A stretch of 64,000 nucleotides of DNA from Kudoa neothunni (taxonomy: Eukaryota; Animalia; Cnidaria), in NCBI GenBank assembly GCA_964304625.1, contig OZ199838.1, forward strand, positions 10,867,607-10,931,606. The letters are read 5' to 3'. The notes beneath the pieces were generated by a model. That model saw nothing but the letters and a program-made list of their open reading frames with translations. It searched no databases and was not told the origin of the DNA. The position numbers and the translations under genes are program-made. This document shows, piece after piece, positions 12,601 to 26,771 of the stretch (position 1 is the first letter of the stretch; each line of letters opens with the position of its first letter).

Positions 12601-15600
12601 TATATAACACTATATCGATTCAAAAATTAAACCAACCCTTTTATTGTAAATATTTCTTTATGTCTGATTGACGCCATAATAAGGGATGACAGGCAAAATC
12701 TAATGTTGGCTGCATTTTTAGGATAAGAGATCATAGCGATGCAGAAAACATTCAGGAATGGTTGTATATCATCTTCATTTATGCCATCGTCAGGAAGAAA
12801 CATGAGGATTTTTGTGACTATCTAAAATTTGGTATTATCGCTATAATCAAATAAGTTGGTTAATGTGATCCCTATATACTAACCTTGACCCATGAAATTA
12901 TGCTTCCAGAACCCAAAAGTTGATAATCCTGGAATAATTAAAAGCTATTTCATTGGACATTTCAGCTCGTATGTTACTATGGGAACAAAATCTTCACCCT
13001 CTATGCTAAAGATAATATCAGTCAGTTGTTTTGGGAACTGATTATTTTTCTGCAGACGATAAACAAGCTGTGAAATTTTCAACTAAAATCTAACTTATAA
13101 TTAACCATAAAGCTCATAAACTACATTTGACGATGAGGCGCTTATTAGATTTTGTATAAGCTTCACTTTTTCCCAGTCAGTTTGTATAACAAGTCGATTC
13201 TAAGTTAAGGTCAGACAAATTAATAACTTTAATTACTTGACCAAGGTAATTTCCTAGATGGCCATTAGGATCATCAAAATCAACTTGAATTTGTGGTTCC
13301 GGTATGGTATTCTTGTAGTAAAAAAGAGTTTTGATTTTGAATTTATTGTCCAATATACATCCTAATAAGAGTAAGGATTTTTTACATCTCATTAGCTCCC
13401 CAGACGAACTTGAGTTAACTTCAAATTGAAAATATTTAAAGCATGTCATTAAAATTATGAAAATTTATTTAAAACGTAAAAATTATAATTCTAAATTAAT
13501 GATCTTCAAGTTCAAATTTTTGTGGGATATGAGCACATCAACAACTTTAAAAAAATGTATAATTATACTAAATTTAAATTGGATATTTTCCATTTTATCA
13601 ATAAAGATGAATTAAGAAAATAAAATATTTTAATATTTCGGATAATGTTTTTATGATATAACGGAATCATCTTATCCATCAAAATATGTACATCAGTCAA
13701 GTGTAAAGCTTTACAAAATTTTCGCGAAACTTTTCCGACAACTTATTATGAATGTTGTTTTTTAATCAAGTTACATATCTTAAAACTCATTTCGAAAAAA
13801 ACTGTAAGTAAATTATTGAGCTAAACGAATTTAAAGAAACCCGTTTTCGTTGATGTCTGGAGTTAATAATATTCCAATGAGTTACCAGTATTTTATCAAA
13901 AAGGATTGGGCATGTTCCTTCTTTGACATCTGGAGAGAATAAGGTCTCACAAGAGCTAGCCACTGTTTCAATGGTGGTATCCTTAGTTATTTTATATAAA
14001 AAATTATGTTGAAGTCCGATAAGGATATTTACGTCGCTGATAACTATCCTTTTTGTTGATCCTTGTAGTATAATAATACACTCTAAAACACTGTTTTATA
14101 CGGATAAACTCTGAAAATTCAACCTTGATTTCTCCTGAACTGGAGACTTTGATGAAACATGGCTATAGGTAATTTATAAATTAATGTACAGCAAAAACTG
14201 TCAGCGGCTAAATTGGTTATTGTTATATGTTAATTAAAATTACGTTGAATGTTTAATGAAATATTAGAGCTGACAGAATACAACGAAACTACTTATATAC
14301 TGTAAATACCCGAATCTACAATGTATCCAGGTTTCACAGTAAAAAATAACTATTTATAAAATTTAAAGAGTTTTCCATTGTAAATTTCAATCCTTACCCT
14401 AAACCCATTAAGGTTTGTTGGTCGTTTTCGGTTTTATTAATTGAAAATATAGAATTTAATATTATATAGCGTTTAAATAGTTTTATAATCCGTATACTAA
14501 ACGATTTTGCACAATGGATCATTGGGGACTAAAAGTGAAATACTATTTTTGTATGTTCATAAAATTTCATATCGACTTCATATATGTTTAAACAGCATTA
14601 ATATTTTTGAAAATCTCTCAGAAACTAGGAATCAAAACTTTTAAGTATCGTTAATTTCATTCATATTATAAAATCTCCTTTGGAGTAATAATCGTTATGA
14701 GGTATTACATATCCTAAAAATTTTGTAAATTTAAAAATAAAACATTTTTAATTGTATAATCGTAAAATATATCGATACATCCCTTGAATCTAATAAAAAA
14801 ATTTTTTGAGTTTTTTATACCTCACTAAAATCATTATTAGAGAAATGAGGAGTTTGGACTTAAAATAATCATAAATGATTCCATAATATTATTAGCAATA
14901 TGCTATGTTTAAAAAATTTAAAATCATATTGCGTAACGGGGATTTTTACAGCCACTGATTTATTGATGAATTTTAATATTATATTTATCCTTCAACCAAA
15001 ATATTAATTCTATTATTAATTATTATTATTGTATTTTTGAAAAATTATTAATTCTACCCTCTAAAACTAAATGATCTCATTAAATGCTAGCATTTAAAAA
15101 CTTGAAATTTTCCGTAATTTACAACTCAATAGAATTAAATGAAATTCAATTATGTATCAATAAAAGCCACTGATAACATCATTAAAAACTGCTTACTTCA
15201 CAACCACCCTTCCAAAATGCATAGACCAAATCAGAAAAAGTAATATCTTTGGCTGTAATAATAATCTTGATACAATAGAATAATAAGGAAAAACTCCCTT
15301 GGAACGCCGAGATTACCTGGTTAATTATCGATATTATAAGAGGTATGCTGACACTGAATTGATAAGAACTATTTGAGGTAGTTTTAATGCCAATAGCGAT
15401 CTAAATTCATTGAATGCTACCTATAAAAACAATAAATAACCATATAATTGAGCAAATATAATAACGCATTCTTAGGAATGTTCGAAATTGATTTGGTCAA
15501 TAGAGAAACTTCATGCATATCATTCTAAAAGAATTAATTCAATTTTATTGGAAGACAATATAAAGCTAGCCTATTACATTTTTGAGTTCGTCCGATTGGA

Positions 15601-18600
15601 TGTATACACTGAACACCAATGATGGGTCTTCTCTAAGAAATTCTATCAATACATTTTCTGCTTGATTAGCAACCACTAATAATTGACGGTAATATTAATT
15701 ACATTTAAAAAAATAATCTTGCATACATATTCCATCCGAGTCGGATATATTAGCCTTTAGAATCATTTTAATAACATATTTTATTAATTTGGTGAGTGAA
15801 GTGGGGAAATGAGCGCCATGTATTTCTTCAGCCAAGTATAAACAACTATTGTTATCTATATAAGTAGATAATTAGTTATATATTTTTTGTAGATAGCATG
15901 AAAAATTCTTATACTTGTAATTAATTTATTCCAGTAACTATGTAACGAAACCACATTCAGTATTTCAGGACAAGAAAAGTATTGGCATTTTTTTCGGTCA
16001 ATCAACTTTTTGATGTCGAAACGACGTCGTATTCTCACTTCTCCATAGGTGATATAATCTGTCGAGGTGATATCTTGCTCTAGTTCCTCATTAGAAAAAT
16101 CTTCCACATTCAAGTATGTTCCATCCGATAAAAAACATTCGGGTGAAATAGCTGTATCAGTCGCATTGAGGACAATGGAATCTTTTCCAACTATTCGTTC
16201 CGGGAAATAGGTATTGGACTTATTTGAATACTAAGACATGAAAAAATCTGTAACATATGTATAATATTTTAGCGAAAAATTGTGGTATAATTAAAAATTA
16301 AATTAAATACAACCAATTTTATTAGTATCAAACACAAATGTATACTTTTAGTTGATTTTTAGGGATAAATGAATAAATAAAATATCTATTATTCCAAATG
16401 ATAGAAACTCTAAAAGTTCGTTAGTTCGTTCGATATTGGCAAATGAGACTTTAGTAAATTTTCCGAGTGGCTTTCAACAGTAGGGCTTTCACTAAGGCGT
16501 TCTATGAAGCTTTCAACCACTTTTGGGTATTTGGTTGCGCAAACGTGGAATATAATACCTTAATCAGTTGTTTAAGGGCTTACATAGTGGATATACTCGC
16601 ACAATTTTGAATAGTTTGGTTGTAATCAAGTAGAACATTCCATGCAAGAACGATAAGAGCCACAGCTTGTGTTTGATCTGTTTTGTAGGCTAGTCGGCTC
16701 AATGCCATGAATGGTAATTGATGAAGGCCCGTTCACCTAAAGAAATCATGGATATTATCAACTTCAATCAGCTAAGAGTGGCTCCTAAACTACTCGTATA
16801 ATTAAGTAGGAGAGGAAATCATCATCGTAATTCTTAAACAGTTTGGCACGCTCATCAAAACAATCCACATTTCTTATGTATTTTTCGTAGAATGATTTTG
16901 TTTGAGAGTTTTGTTCGATGAGAATACTTCGGACGTAATTCCATTTTTCATAATCCCATGAGTTACTAATTTTTATTTCTTTGTTGCTGGCTCTCACTTT
17001 TGTATACAATTTAAAAACGTATGTGACGATTACAGATATCCAATTTTGGACTTTGGACACGTAATTAGCATTGAATATATTATCTGGATGTAAACTGTCT
17101 CGTTGTATATCTTTACCAAGTCGTAACGAGGTTTTTTGACGATTAGAGGGGTAACGGTTTGATTTAACTGATGATTCACATTTTGAACTACCAGCTGGTG
17201 AAGTGGCGGCACTGGAAACTTTGTTTTTTGTTTCAGTGCACCTATTCTCAAAAATTTCATAGGTTTTAAATGTAAACTCGGTAATTTCCAGTAAAACCAA
17301 AAATGCTGCATGTATCATTGAGCATTCGGTCAACTCTACCAATAAAGATGACAATGATAAGCAAATACAGTTGTCAATGTGTAAATAACTAACCTTGCTG
17401 ATCTGAAAGCATAAAGATACTGGTAGTTAATGAATCCGCCCAACGAATAAGATACTTAGCTGTTTCAAATTGCCACGGTAAAGTGCCATCAACGGCGTTG
17501 CCGTAGTTGTCATCAGTTTCATTCTTTTGAACGAATATTTCCAATATAGTGTGAGATAGGGGTTTGATGCCAAGAGTCAGCTTATGAATAAAGAATGAAA
17601 CTTCAATCAAATAAATTGTAGTAAGTTGATTGCAGTATCCCTATAGGAATGTGTTAACGTTTGGGAACATTTTAAAGGAAAATACCAAAGACAATATATT
17701 GCAGAATACATCTTGATGAGGTAGATAAACCAGGAAGACTAAGTTCGAGGAAAATTCTGAAACGTCTAAAAGCTCTTGCAACCAACACTCCATAGGGACC
17801 ATTCAAAAGATCGCATTGTTTCTCTCAAATGGAAATTTTGTTGTTGGGATGACTCGCTTTTTGCTGTCGAATCTGGTTCCTAAAACGTATATTTACTTAA
17901 GAAAAATCTAAAAACTAGTCACGTCTGTTTTCAGAAAAAGCTGTTCAAATGAAATCTTATTTTTGCGTATTCGTTCAACAAATGTTAAACAACAAGGCAG
18001 CGTTAGCTTATTAAACTTCTCCAAGTCGAATTGAATGGTTCGATCAATTATATCTAAAAGAGGTGCAAGTGCCAACCTCCATGACGTTTCGTTGTGAAAT
18101 ATATTCAAAAAGTTAAGTAGCATAACCAACTCTTCAATAAACACCTAGATACATCAAATGAGAACAATAAGTACACAAAATAAAAATAATTATTTTGAAA
18201 TACCTGATCAAACATTAAAGGAATATCTGTGGTTCTGTAAATAATGATATTGACAAAATTGTTAAGAAGGCATTCACTGAAAGCTTGTTTTAACGAAAAT
18301 ATTTTGCATGACTGTGAAATTGGATTGACTGGTTCACTAATAGAATTATTGGAAGGTTTTTGTAGCTCCTGAATATTGTGAGGAATTGGGCTACATATAA
18401 TAAAAATAATGTGCATCACCAGAAATCCATAATATATGTCCATAGATTTAGCAAGTTGTTGAAGAACTTCCTCGAAAATTTTACTATTATCGTTGAACAC
18501 ATCTTCCAATACATAGATGATCCGTTGGAGAAGGAATGTTCTTGTTGGCTTATAAAACTGATCGTCTTTTTCACAACGGTTTAACTGAAATGAGTAGTGT

Positions 18601-20313
18601 CTACCACAGGAACTACAACCAGTCTGACATAATAACTTGAAGGCAGCTTGAACTGAATGATAGATGTCGTGATAAAAGATATGCTCGTTAATGAATTTTT
18701 TATTCATACTACAATAGACATTTTTACAAGAGAGCACGTTAGGATCCATGGAAACTTCCACGTTCGTAAACTTTGTAGATACCATCGTCAGAGTGATTAA
18801 TTTTTTTATTGTATCAATTGGTAACGGGTATTCAGTTACAACAGATAACATTCGACATAGAAGACTATTCTGAATAATTCCTTGTTGATTGAGCACATCT
18901 GTGGTTCCTTCCAAAAATAATGTTTCTGTTTCTGGACCGAATAAATACATTCGTGAACTTTCAATATCACCAGCTGCGGATATAATATCGATTTTTTCGG
19001 TAAATCGATGAGTAAATGTGAATTCTTCGGTTTCCTGCGTACTTTTTGTGGATTTATTGTATAAATTTCTGATGGCATTTAAAATATTCAACGAAACATT
19101 TTTCATTCTATCAGCCATCATAACTTCTTTGCTCTCGTTGGTAGGTTTGTTCTGATTGATAGTCTTTAACATAAATATTTTATGAATAATAGTTTTCACT
19201 TTTTCGCGAATTATTTCCGAAACTCCCAATCTTTTTAGATAGTTTAGAGAAGACTCATAATATTTGTAAATATAACTGATTAACCATTCAAGTGATTTAG
19301 AGGTTAAATTTTGATGAGATTGTAACAACAATGTAAACACTGCCAGATCGGTAAAATTAGTAAAACTACCAATGTAATATGATGGATTTTTCTTTCGGTC
19401 ATTCATATCATCGGTATCTGCCATCATATCACTAGGAACACTTTCAATTTGATCATCGTTCCCACCACCAGCAACACTGTTATTTTCTGATGTCTTTCTA
19501 GGGGAATCATAGTTGGATTCTGTTCCTTCTATAGGGTTAGGCAATCTGCTATAAGCTATTGGTGCCATCATATTGTGGCAATTTGCAGGTGGTATCGATA
19601 AAACTAATTTCTTCCAAAATTCGGAATTTTTTAACCATTGGCAATTAAAATCAAATGTTGTGAGTGGCACTAAAAAGACTGAAGTTTGTTGGATAAATTC
19701 TTTCACCTACAACACTCTCATTTGCTAACATTTCGAAATAAACAAAAAAACTGACATTTTTAATAAAATAATTAAAGATAAATATTATATGAATATTAAT
19801 TAAATTTTGAGAGTGAAATACCAGTTTATAGGAGAACCATGGAGGATGTATCGAAGTAAAATAGTTTTCACTATTCAAATCGTATTCATCATTGTTCGAA
19901 ATTTTATTGACCATAGTTTCTGACAAAACGTTTAAAAATGAAGAATATCCCTCATTCAGAAGTGGATCATTTTCAAAAATTTCAATACCGCTCAACCTCT
20001 CCATCGAAATTCTTGTCAGAAAAGGAAAACACTTTTTGAACCAACCAATTATATTAACCTTATTAAGCCGAGTGAAATCATTTTTAGAGTTTGCTCCGTC
20101 ATCAAAAGCATCTCGAATAGTAATATATTTATTTTCTGGACTTACATTACAACTAGAGCTGTTAAGAAACATTTTCTCGAGCTGCGTTTGTATACGAAAG
20201 TATCGAAAGGTTGTTCTATTCGGTTGCATAATCATTCTACCATAAATAGAGTTTATAGTTATATGGTGAGATGATTGAGTAGGATCATTACTTGAACAGC
20301 TTAACGAATTCAT
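9606..20313 (-). CDS. UNC80: UNC-80 homolog (NALCN channel complex scaffold), multi-exon; exon boundaries not fully resolved
   Basis: Colinear matches to recalled UNC80 motifs: TNFTDLAVFTLLLQSH..EWLISY ~ TYFDVAVLRCLLQPH..QWSLMY; GCSSCGRH..LEDVFNDNSKIFEEVL..MHIIFIIC ~ GCAYGCGEGH..LTKLYKLDKMQFRQTM..LHALLGFC; AWNVLL..FHVCATKYPKVV ~ AWELLL..FLLCAVKVPEAV; FLREDPSLVF ~ CLIEDPSTVL; ITFSDL..KGGCE ~ LFFKDL..KEQCE; AWKFIKQAVTHNTPL ~ LWDFLDFIVRTRIPI. Probable stop at 9606-9608. Confidence 0.82.
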
Positions 20314-22255
20314 AGTATGATTGACTACTGTCTAACTCGATTTCTTCACTAATCTTGACTTGGGTCTTCATTACAACTGTATTACAAAAATTGTTGCTAG
20401 GTTTTTATCTTCGCATTCAATATCAACGTTGGGTGTTAGATGCCGTAAAAGGTTGCCTTTGGGTCGTTATGTGCACCATGATTTGGCAATAATTTTCTAA
20501 AAGAAACCCACTTCTATTAGATTAAGTGACTAGTTACTAATTTGGTAATGTTAAGGTAAAATAAAAATTTATTCATATATTCGAATTTGTCATTGGTCAC
20601 AAAAATGATTTGGAATAATCGTTTTGGTTATACAAGCATATAAATAGAAACCGCTGTTAAGATTAGAATCGACGAGAATCGATTTGAAATGAAAACGATT
20701 TTTTTGGGTTTCCGACATTTAGTTTCTTTCAGTGATCAACCTGTTCCAAATTTCATTTAGCATGAATATTTGCAATAGAGTAGATATGATAGTTTTTTAG
20801 TGGAATGGGGAGACTCAAAGAAGATAGAAAACGAACTAATTTTCAAGTAATGTAAAGTTAAATTTGTTTAAAAGAGAAATAAAATTGATGAGCATATGAA
20901 ATTAAAAAAAAAATATTTTGTAAAAAGTCTAAAAGACGCCCTCTTTATCATGTATTTTCGTTTGAGATGAGAAAATGATGAATAAGCGAAAGACTTTGTT
21001 TCCTATTGTCACTTGTGATTGATTTCCACTGTCTCTAATTGATTAGATAAGTTAATTGTGAATTTATTTGTCAAATATTATTATTTCTCTTCCAAATCGT
21101 TATCAAATAGTCGCAATTTTCTTTGGTGTATACTTAATTATCCACGGCATTTTAAGAGTGAAAACAGTTTAAGATGATTATTAAAGATTAGGCACAGTGG
21201 TCTCACCATCGATGAAATTCAGATTTTAAAAATTGACATTCTTACACCTTTAAACATGTTTATATGGCTATGAAAGATGTGAAGGGCGGGCATTTATGTT
21301 TAATTCGATTGATACCAACGGAATGTGGTTCAATCATAGTTGCGAATGAGGTTTCAGTCACACTTCAAACATATTTGTACAAATAATTTCTTATAAACTC
21401 ATGTGAATGTTTGAATTTTTTGTCTTAATACATCATTAGGATCGAATTTTTTTTTGAAACTATATTTAAATCTATTGTTCACTAAACTCATCAAACTGTA
21501 TTTTTTTCAAGTGAGTAAAATCCTGCGTGCATAAAACATGTCACAGACTGTAGTAATAAATTGTGATAAATTTTAATTTAGGAATTGTCAATTACTTTAT
21601 TTATTTTCATTATTAACTCAACTAAATAACATAGCTAAAATTAGATTTATTTTTTTCGAATATTTTTGTTTTTCATCCTTTTTTGACATTGCATTTTTAT
21701 GTAATCAAATTAAATAAAAAAAATTGGAAATTAATAATATAATTCCACGGAAAAAAAAGAAATTATTTTATTCGATATTCTCTGAGACGCTGTAATTAAC
21801 TACATTAGAAAGTCTATTAACTTTTTACTCGTCTTATGAGTAGAGTACAATGTTATTCCGCCAATGAACTTGGAATCTTTTAGCCCCAAAGTGATTTTAA
21901 ACTGAATATATTCCAACTTCTCAAATTTAAAAAAAAAATAATCCACGAAATGGATATCTTTGAGACATCGGATTTTTAGTTTACGATAGTTAATAAAAGA
22001 ATAATTCAATGTGTCATAAAAGTTTTAAGAACTTTTTACCGACAGAATTTGGAGAAAAGGATAATAAATTGGGTCAGTTAATCCCACAAATCCAACTCGA
22101 TATGTTAATACAACACTTCGTGCAAGCTCGATTAATGTTAAAATCAAGCCTGATAGTTATTACATGTTTAGAATGAAAATTCTTCAACTTTTGATAAACT
22201 TTAAGTGGTTTAAAATCAAATAATAGGATATTTATTATGTTTCTACCGAACCATT

Positions 22256-22600
22256 ATGAGTAAAAAATCAAAGGATAAGAAAGTAATTAAAATTCAGGAT
22301 CCATATTGTTCCGAAGAGATTGAAATAATGGAATTAAACTTACAGAAAATATACTGTAAATTTTGTTTTTATCAAAATAACAAAAAATCCACGGCGCATC
22401 AATTGATATCAGCTGAGGGGAATATTTTGATCGATTTCATCCTTTTAATAAGTGTACTCAATGTTCAAAATAAATATACACTGATATTAATGCATTAAAT
22501 GTTGTTTGTTCGTTTATATTAGTTCCTTTTTCAATAGTTATAAATAAACATTAATTTAATTCTTCCGAAGATTTACGAAACACCACATAAGCTTACCTAA
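22256..22600 (+). pseudogene. Possible degenerate hAT-type transposase N-terminal zinc-finger fragment
   Basis: KIYCKFC...KKSTAHQ resembles the CGGBP1-like zinc finger of hAT transposases. No ends found. Confidence 0.3.
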
Positions 22601-22879
22601 TGGGATTTTGAAGGATTAGTTGTCGAAACGATTGGTCTTTTTCTCAAAATTCTGTCGATAGAATTTTTTTAAAGTTTCCATGACATTATGAAATATTTTT
22701 GTGTAATTATCTTATAATAAATATCTGGAGTCCCAAATACCCTAAGTTTGTTGGAGTGTAGTCGTTTTTAAAATATTAGCGAGTTAATTTTTTTAATAGA
22801 AATTTCCTGTGGCCAAATATGACATAATTTTAATCAATGGAAAAAAATTTATGCTAAATTAATTTTCTTTGAATCTTAA

Positions 22880-22945
22880 CCCTCTAACAGATGAAAAAAC
22901 AACCACCCTCCAACAGGCTTTGGGGTAAAAAAAGACTCCAGAATT
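22880..22945 (+). mobile_element. Solo piggyBac left end related to pB-2
   Basis: TTAA (22876-22879) followed by CCCTCTAAC...CCCTCCAACAGGCTTTGGGGTAAAA, similar to 6751-6775. Confidence 0.55.
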
Positions 22946-23340
22946 TTTTTCATTAAATGGATGTGGAAAATTATTATAAAGTTATCAGAAAAGTACGGGG
23001 AAATTCAACTTAAGGAATATTGAGAAAACAATCGATTACTTCATAATTAATCCTAAGCGGTTTGCATCGGTAGGATTAAGTATTATTGCGTAATAACTCG
23101 TGATTATAAGGTATATTATGTGTAGCCTCGTTTGACATAACGATAAACAAAAATTTCAATGGAAAATAAAATATAAATTCTATTAAAGATATTGTATGCA
23201 GGAAAACTGCAGAATAATGACCGTGATCTAAAACAGCCGTAGCGAGCGAGATTGACCATGATGATCAATTTATTTTTGTTTATTTTTAGTCTTGATCCAA
23301 CATAATTTTACATTTAATATTCTCTTTCATATAAATGTTA

Positions 23341-23366
23341 GTTGTTGTTGTTGTTGTTGTTGTTGT
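23341..23366. repeat. (GTT)n microsatellite
   Basis: Direct read. Confidence 0.95.
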
Positions 23367-24425
23367 AATTTATTATGTATCTCCTAATCTCTCGTAATCA
23401 TTTTTACAGGCCATAACACTCAATTGAGTATAGCATCCTTTATGTATTCTAAAATATGTAGAGCAACTGATCTCTATGCGTCGTCACGATTTCTCCTTAG
23501 CGTTTACGCACTTATAAATACAGGAATTTATAAGAGTGAGAATTTTCTTTTTAATATAAACAATAGTTATTCAGTTGTAGCAAATGTTTGACGTTAATGT
23601 CAAAAATAAATTATTGGACGAAGTTCGGTCATTCCTACTATAGATCGTCTGATTAGTATCACACACTTCTAATTTATAAGTGTAGGATTAATTATCGGTC
23701 TAACCATAATCCTTCATTGGTGAATAATTCCATTGAACCGCAATCTTACTTGTAAATCATCAAAAGCTTATTTATTAGAGGACATCTATCATCAGCGGCG
23801 GTTAGTAACAGGGATAATTTTGTTTGTTTTGGGCAATAAACACTGGCGCCATAATGCTTGTTGAAACGACAGATTACGATATCAATAACATCGGTTAATT
23901 AATCGGATTATTGCGGATTATCTCTAATATAATTACTCAATTTCTCAGTATTCCTTTGGTAGTCGTTTTCCAAATCTACCATATCAGTTCCAACTAATTT
24001 TACGCGTTCATTAAACCAATAAAATCCTGGGATCTTTTTTACCCCCAAATCCCCTAGGAGGAAAAAATTTTTGTTTGGTAATATATAATCAATATTCCGC
24101 ATCAAATTATTTACGAATCTATTCATCAAAATAATTCAAGAGAATAGATGAAATATTAAGTATCTCAGATAATTCCTAAATATTCTAGGCAGTGGCTATT
24201 TGCATGGATCCATTTAATCTCCTCTCGGGATTGGCTATATGCATGGATGGGAATATCTCCTAGAATATGTGAAATATTAAAAATTGATTTCATATTAACT
24301 ATAAGCTATATTTTTCCTATAAAATTTTATAAATTGTTTTTAATAATGTTGAATGGAGAATTTGTCCATTAAAACCATACTTTAACCATCTCTCGTGTAC
24401 TAAAATCGTACTTTTCTTGATTTAA

Positions 24426-26771
24426 CCCATTAAAGTTTGTTGGGTCCTTTTGGTCCCCTGTTTAGGTGCCGTCTGTAGAGTTTAATATTGCGACTATTAA
24501 CTAGTTAATTTCCATATAAATATATATGTGGTCCTATTATTTAAAAATTATTTGTAAAGTTATTTATGAATTCTAAACATTTTAATATACATCTCTTTTC
24601 ATCGGCCAGTACAGTTGCGTATAATAGAACCATAACATAGGCTATACATCCGAAAAATTTTATAATTTTTGTTTGTTCTCTTAAAACATATTGTCATTTA
24701 ACCGTCTAAGTACCTGTAATAGAAAATAATACATAAATACCAGTTAATATTTACGTTACAATAGTGGACCGAAAAGGGAACGATAAACCCTCGAGACATG
24801 CAGATGCTAAGTGGGATTAACATGGCTGACATTACTGAGTACATTAAACTAAGTGAAGCAATCTGTGAACTTAACGAAGATACTTTTGAAGAAGTTCCAG
24901 ATATTGTAGCGCTTCCTCCAGATAATGTTGACGCCCTTACTGACTTGGAAAATAACTTATTTCCCATACAAGATAATATATTGGAAAATGATGACATCCT
25001 CGATGTTTCTGGGCGTGTCCAATTGTTTAAACTTCAAAAGCTAGAAACCAAAAGTGTTGTCAAATACAGTAATGTTAAATGGGAAAAGGTTTTACCAACC
25101 AATTCCTCCGAAATAGTTAATAAATCTATCTCGAAACCCTTGATAGACGACGCATATAAAGGTAGATATCTTTCAAAATTAATTTGTATGATTTTTAGGT
25201 TCATTTGAAATGTTCAAAAAATTTTTGGATGACAGCGTTCTGTTGCACCTTGTAAAACAGTCAAATTTGTATGCTCGACAGAAGAATAACCACTCTTTCA
25301 ATCTAACTGTGTCTGAATTGAAAACCTTCATTGAGATTTTAATTCTCTCAGGTTATCATATTCTACCAAGCCAAAAAATGTATTGGGAGACGAATGAAGA
25401 TTCCGGAGTTACTATTGTAAAAAAAGCTGACACCTACAAGATTTAAAGAAATAAAAAGATATATCCATTTCAACAATAACGATTGTATCGATAAATCCGA
25501 TAAGTTATTTAAGATCAGGCCTTTAGTGGAAAAACTACACCAAAACTTCAAATCATTCGGGTTCTTTGAAAAAATTTTATCCATAGATGAACAACTGGTA
25601 CCGTATTATGGAATGCATTCGGCCAAGATGTTTCTAAAGGACAAGCCTGTTTGACTTTCTTTTAAACTTTGGATAATGGCTAGCAAAGATGGTTACATTT
25701 ACAGTTTTAAAATCTATTGTGGAAAACAAGAAACTAATAAAACCTATGATGGCTTAGGTGAAAGCGTGGTAATGAATTTTGTCGAGGAAATTGGTGATAC
25801 CTCTGAGGTTGAAGTTTACTTTGACAATTTTTTCTCCTCGTACAGATTATTTAAACTTCTACAAGAAAACAAAGTAAATGCTACCGGTACAATTAGACTG
25901 AACCGGACAAATCGATGTCCACTTCAGCCACCAAAACAGTTTTCCAAATTGCCAAGGGGTGCTTTTGAAGTTTATGGTGATAAACAGGGTATTTTTTGTG
26001 TTCAATGGAATGACACAAAACCAGTGATACTGATGAATAATTTTATGTCTTGTTTTCCTATTGGATCAGCTAAAAGATTCTCAAAAAAAGAAAAAAATAC
26101 ATTAACATAACACAGCCAAAGATTGTTAGTGATTACAATGCGAATATGGGAGGTGTCGATCTAGCTGATAATGCAATTGCAAATTACAGAATCAAAATAA
26201 AGGGTAAAAAATGGTACTGGCCATTATTCATTAATCTTATTTCCATGTGTGTCACCAATTCATGGAAAATAATGCGCCACTTTAATGACCCTACAATAAC
26301 ATTAATTCAACATACACGCGAAATTGTTGCCAATCTAATAACTCCACAACGGTATTTAATTATGAGGAAGAGGTCTCGATTGCAGTTGAATATTTCAATG
26401 AATATGTGTTCTGGAGTCGTACTTGTGAGTGATGCCAACAAAAGACGACTCAGATGTGTTGTGTGCCACAAGAAAACATACCTTTATTGTGAGGGGTGTT
26501 CATCGAGACTTCATCTTAAATGTTCAAATACTTTTCATTCGGATAAATATATTTAAAAAAACTTGATTAATAAATTATATATTTGTGTTTTATTTCACGC
26601 ATACACTTTCTCGGGAGTTTATTGGGTCCTTTTTGGCCCTTCAGAAAATTTGTTGTGTATCTCTCAGCTTTGTCATAATTTAAAAAATTTAAGATTATTT
26701 AGGCATTTTTGAAAAATACTTAGCACATATTATTTTTTTTTATAATTTTTAAATGGTAGAATTTTAACGGG
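24426..26771 (+). mobile_element. Full-length piggyBac (pB-3)
   Basis: TTAA TSD at 24422-24425 and 26772-26775; TIR CCC(A/G)TTAAA(G/A)TT; subterminal direct repeat TTGGGTCCTTTT at ~24440 and ~26622. Confidence 0.92.
24798..26556 (+). pseudogene. piggyBac transposase with one putative intron (25162-25198) and three lesions
   Basis: DDD triad contexts SIDEQ, YFDNFFS and MGGVDLAD; C-terminal CVVC..CEGC..LHLKC. Lesions: frameshift ~25428, TGA at 25652-25654, and a -1 in the A-run ~26090. Confidence 0.9.

Noticed and set aside
15856-19706. Initial impression of a BEACH/LYST-family protein
   Set aside because: No BEACH or WD40 motifs found; several ordered blocks fit UNC80 much better.
21193-21230. 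CACAGTGG resembling a Transib/RSS-like terminus
   Set aside because: No matching opposite end, TSD or Transib transposase motifs found.
23908-24129. 73-aa minus-strand ORF
   Set aside because: Overlaps a degenerate piggyBac-type end and has no recognisable protein features.
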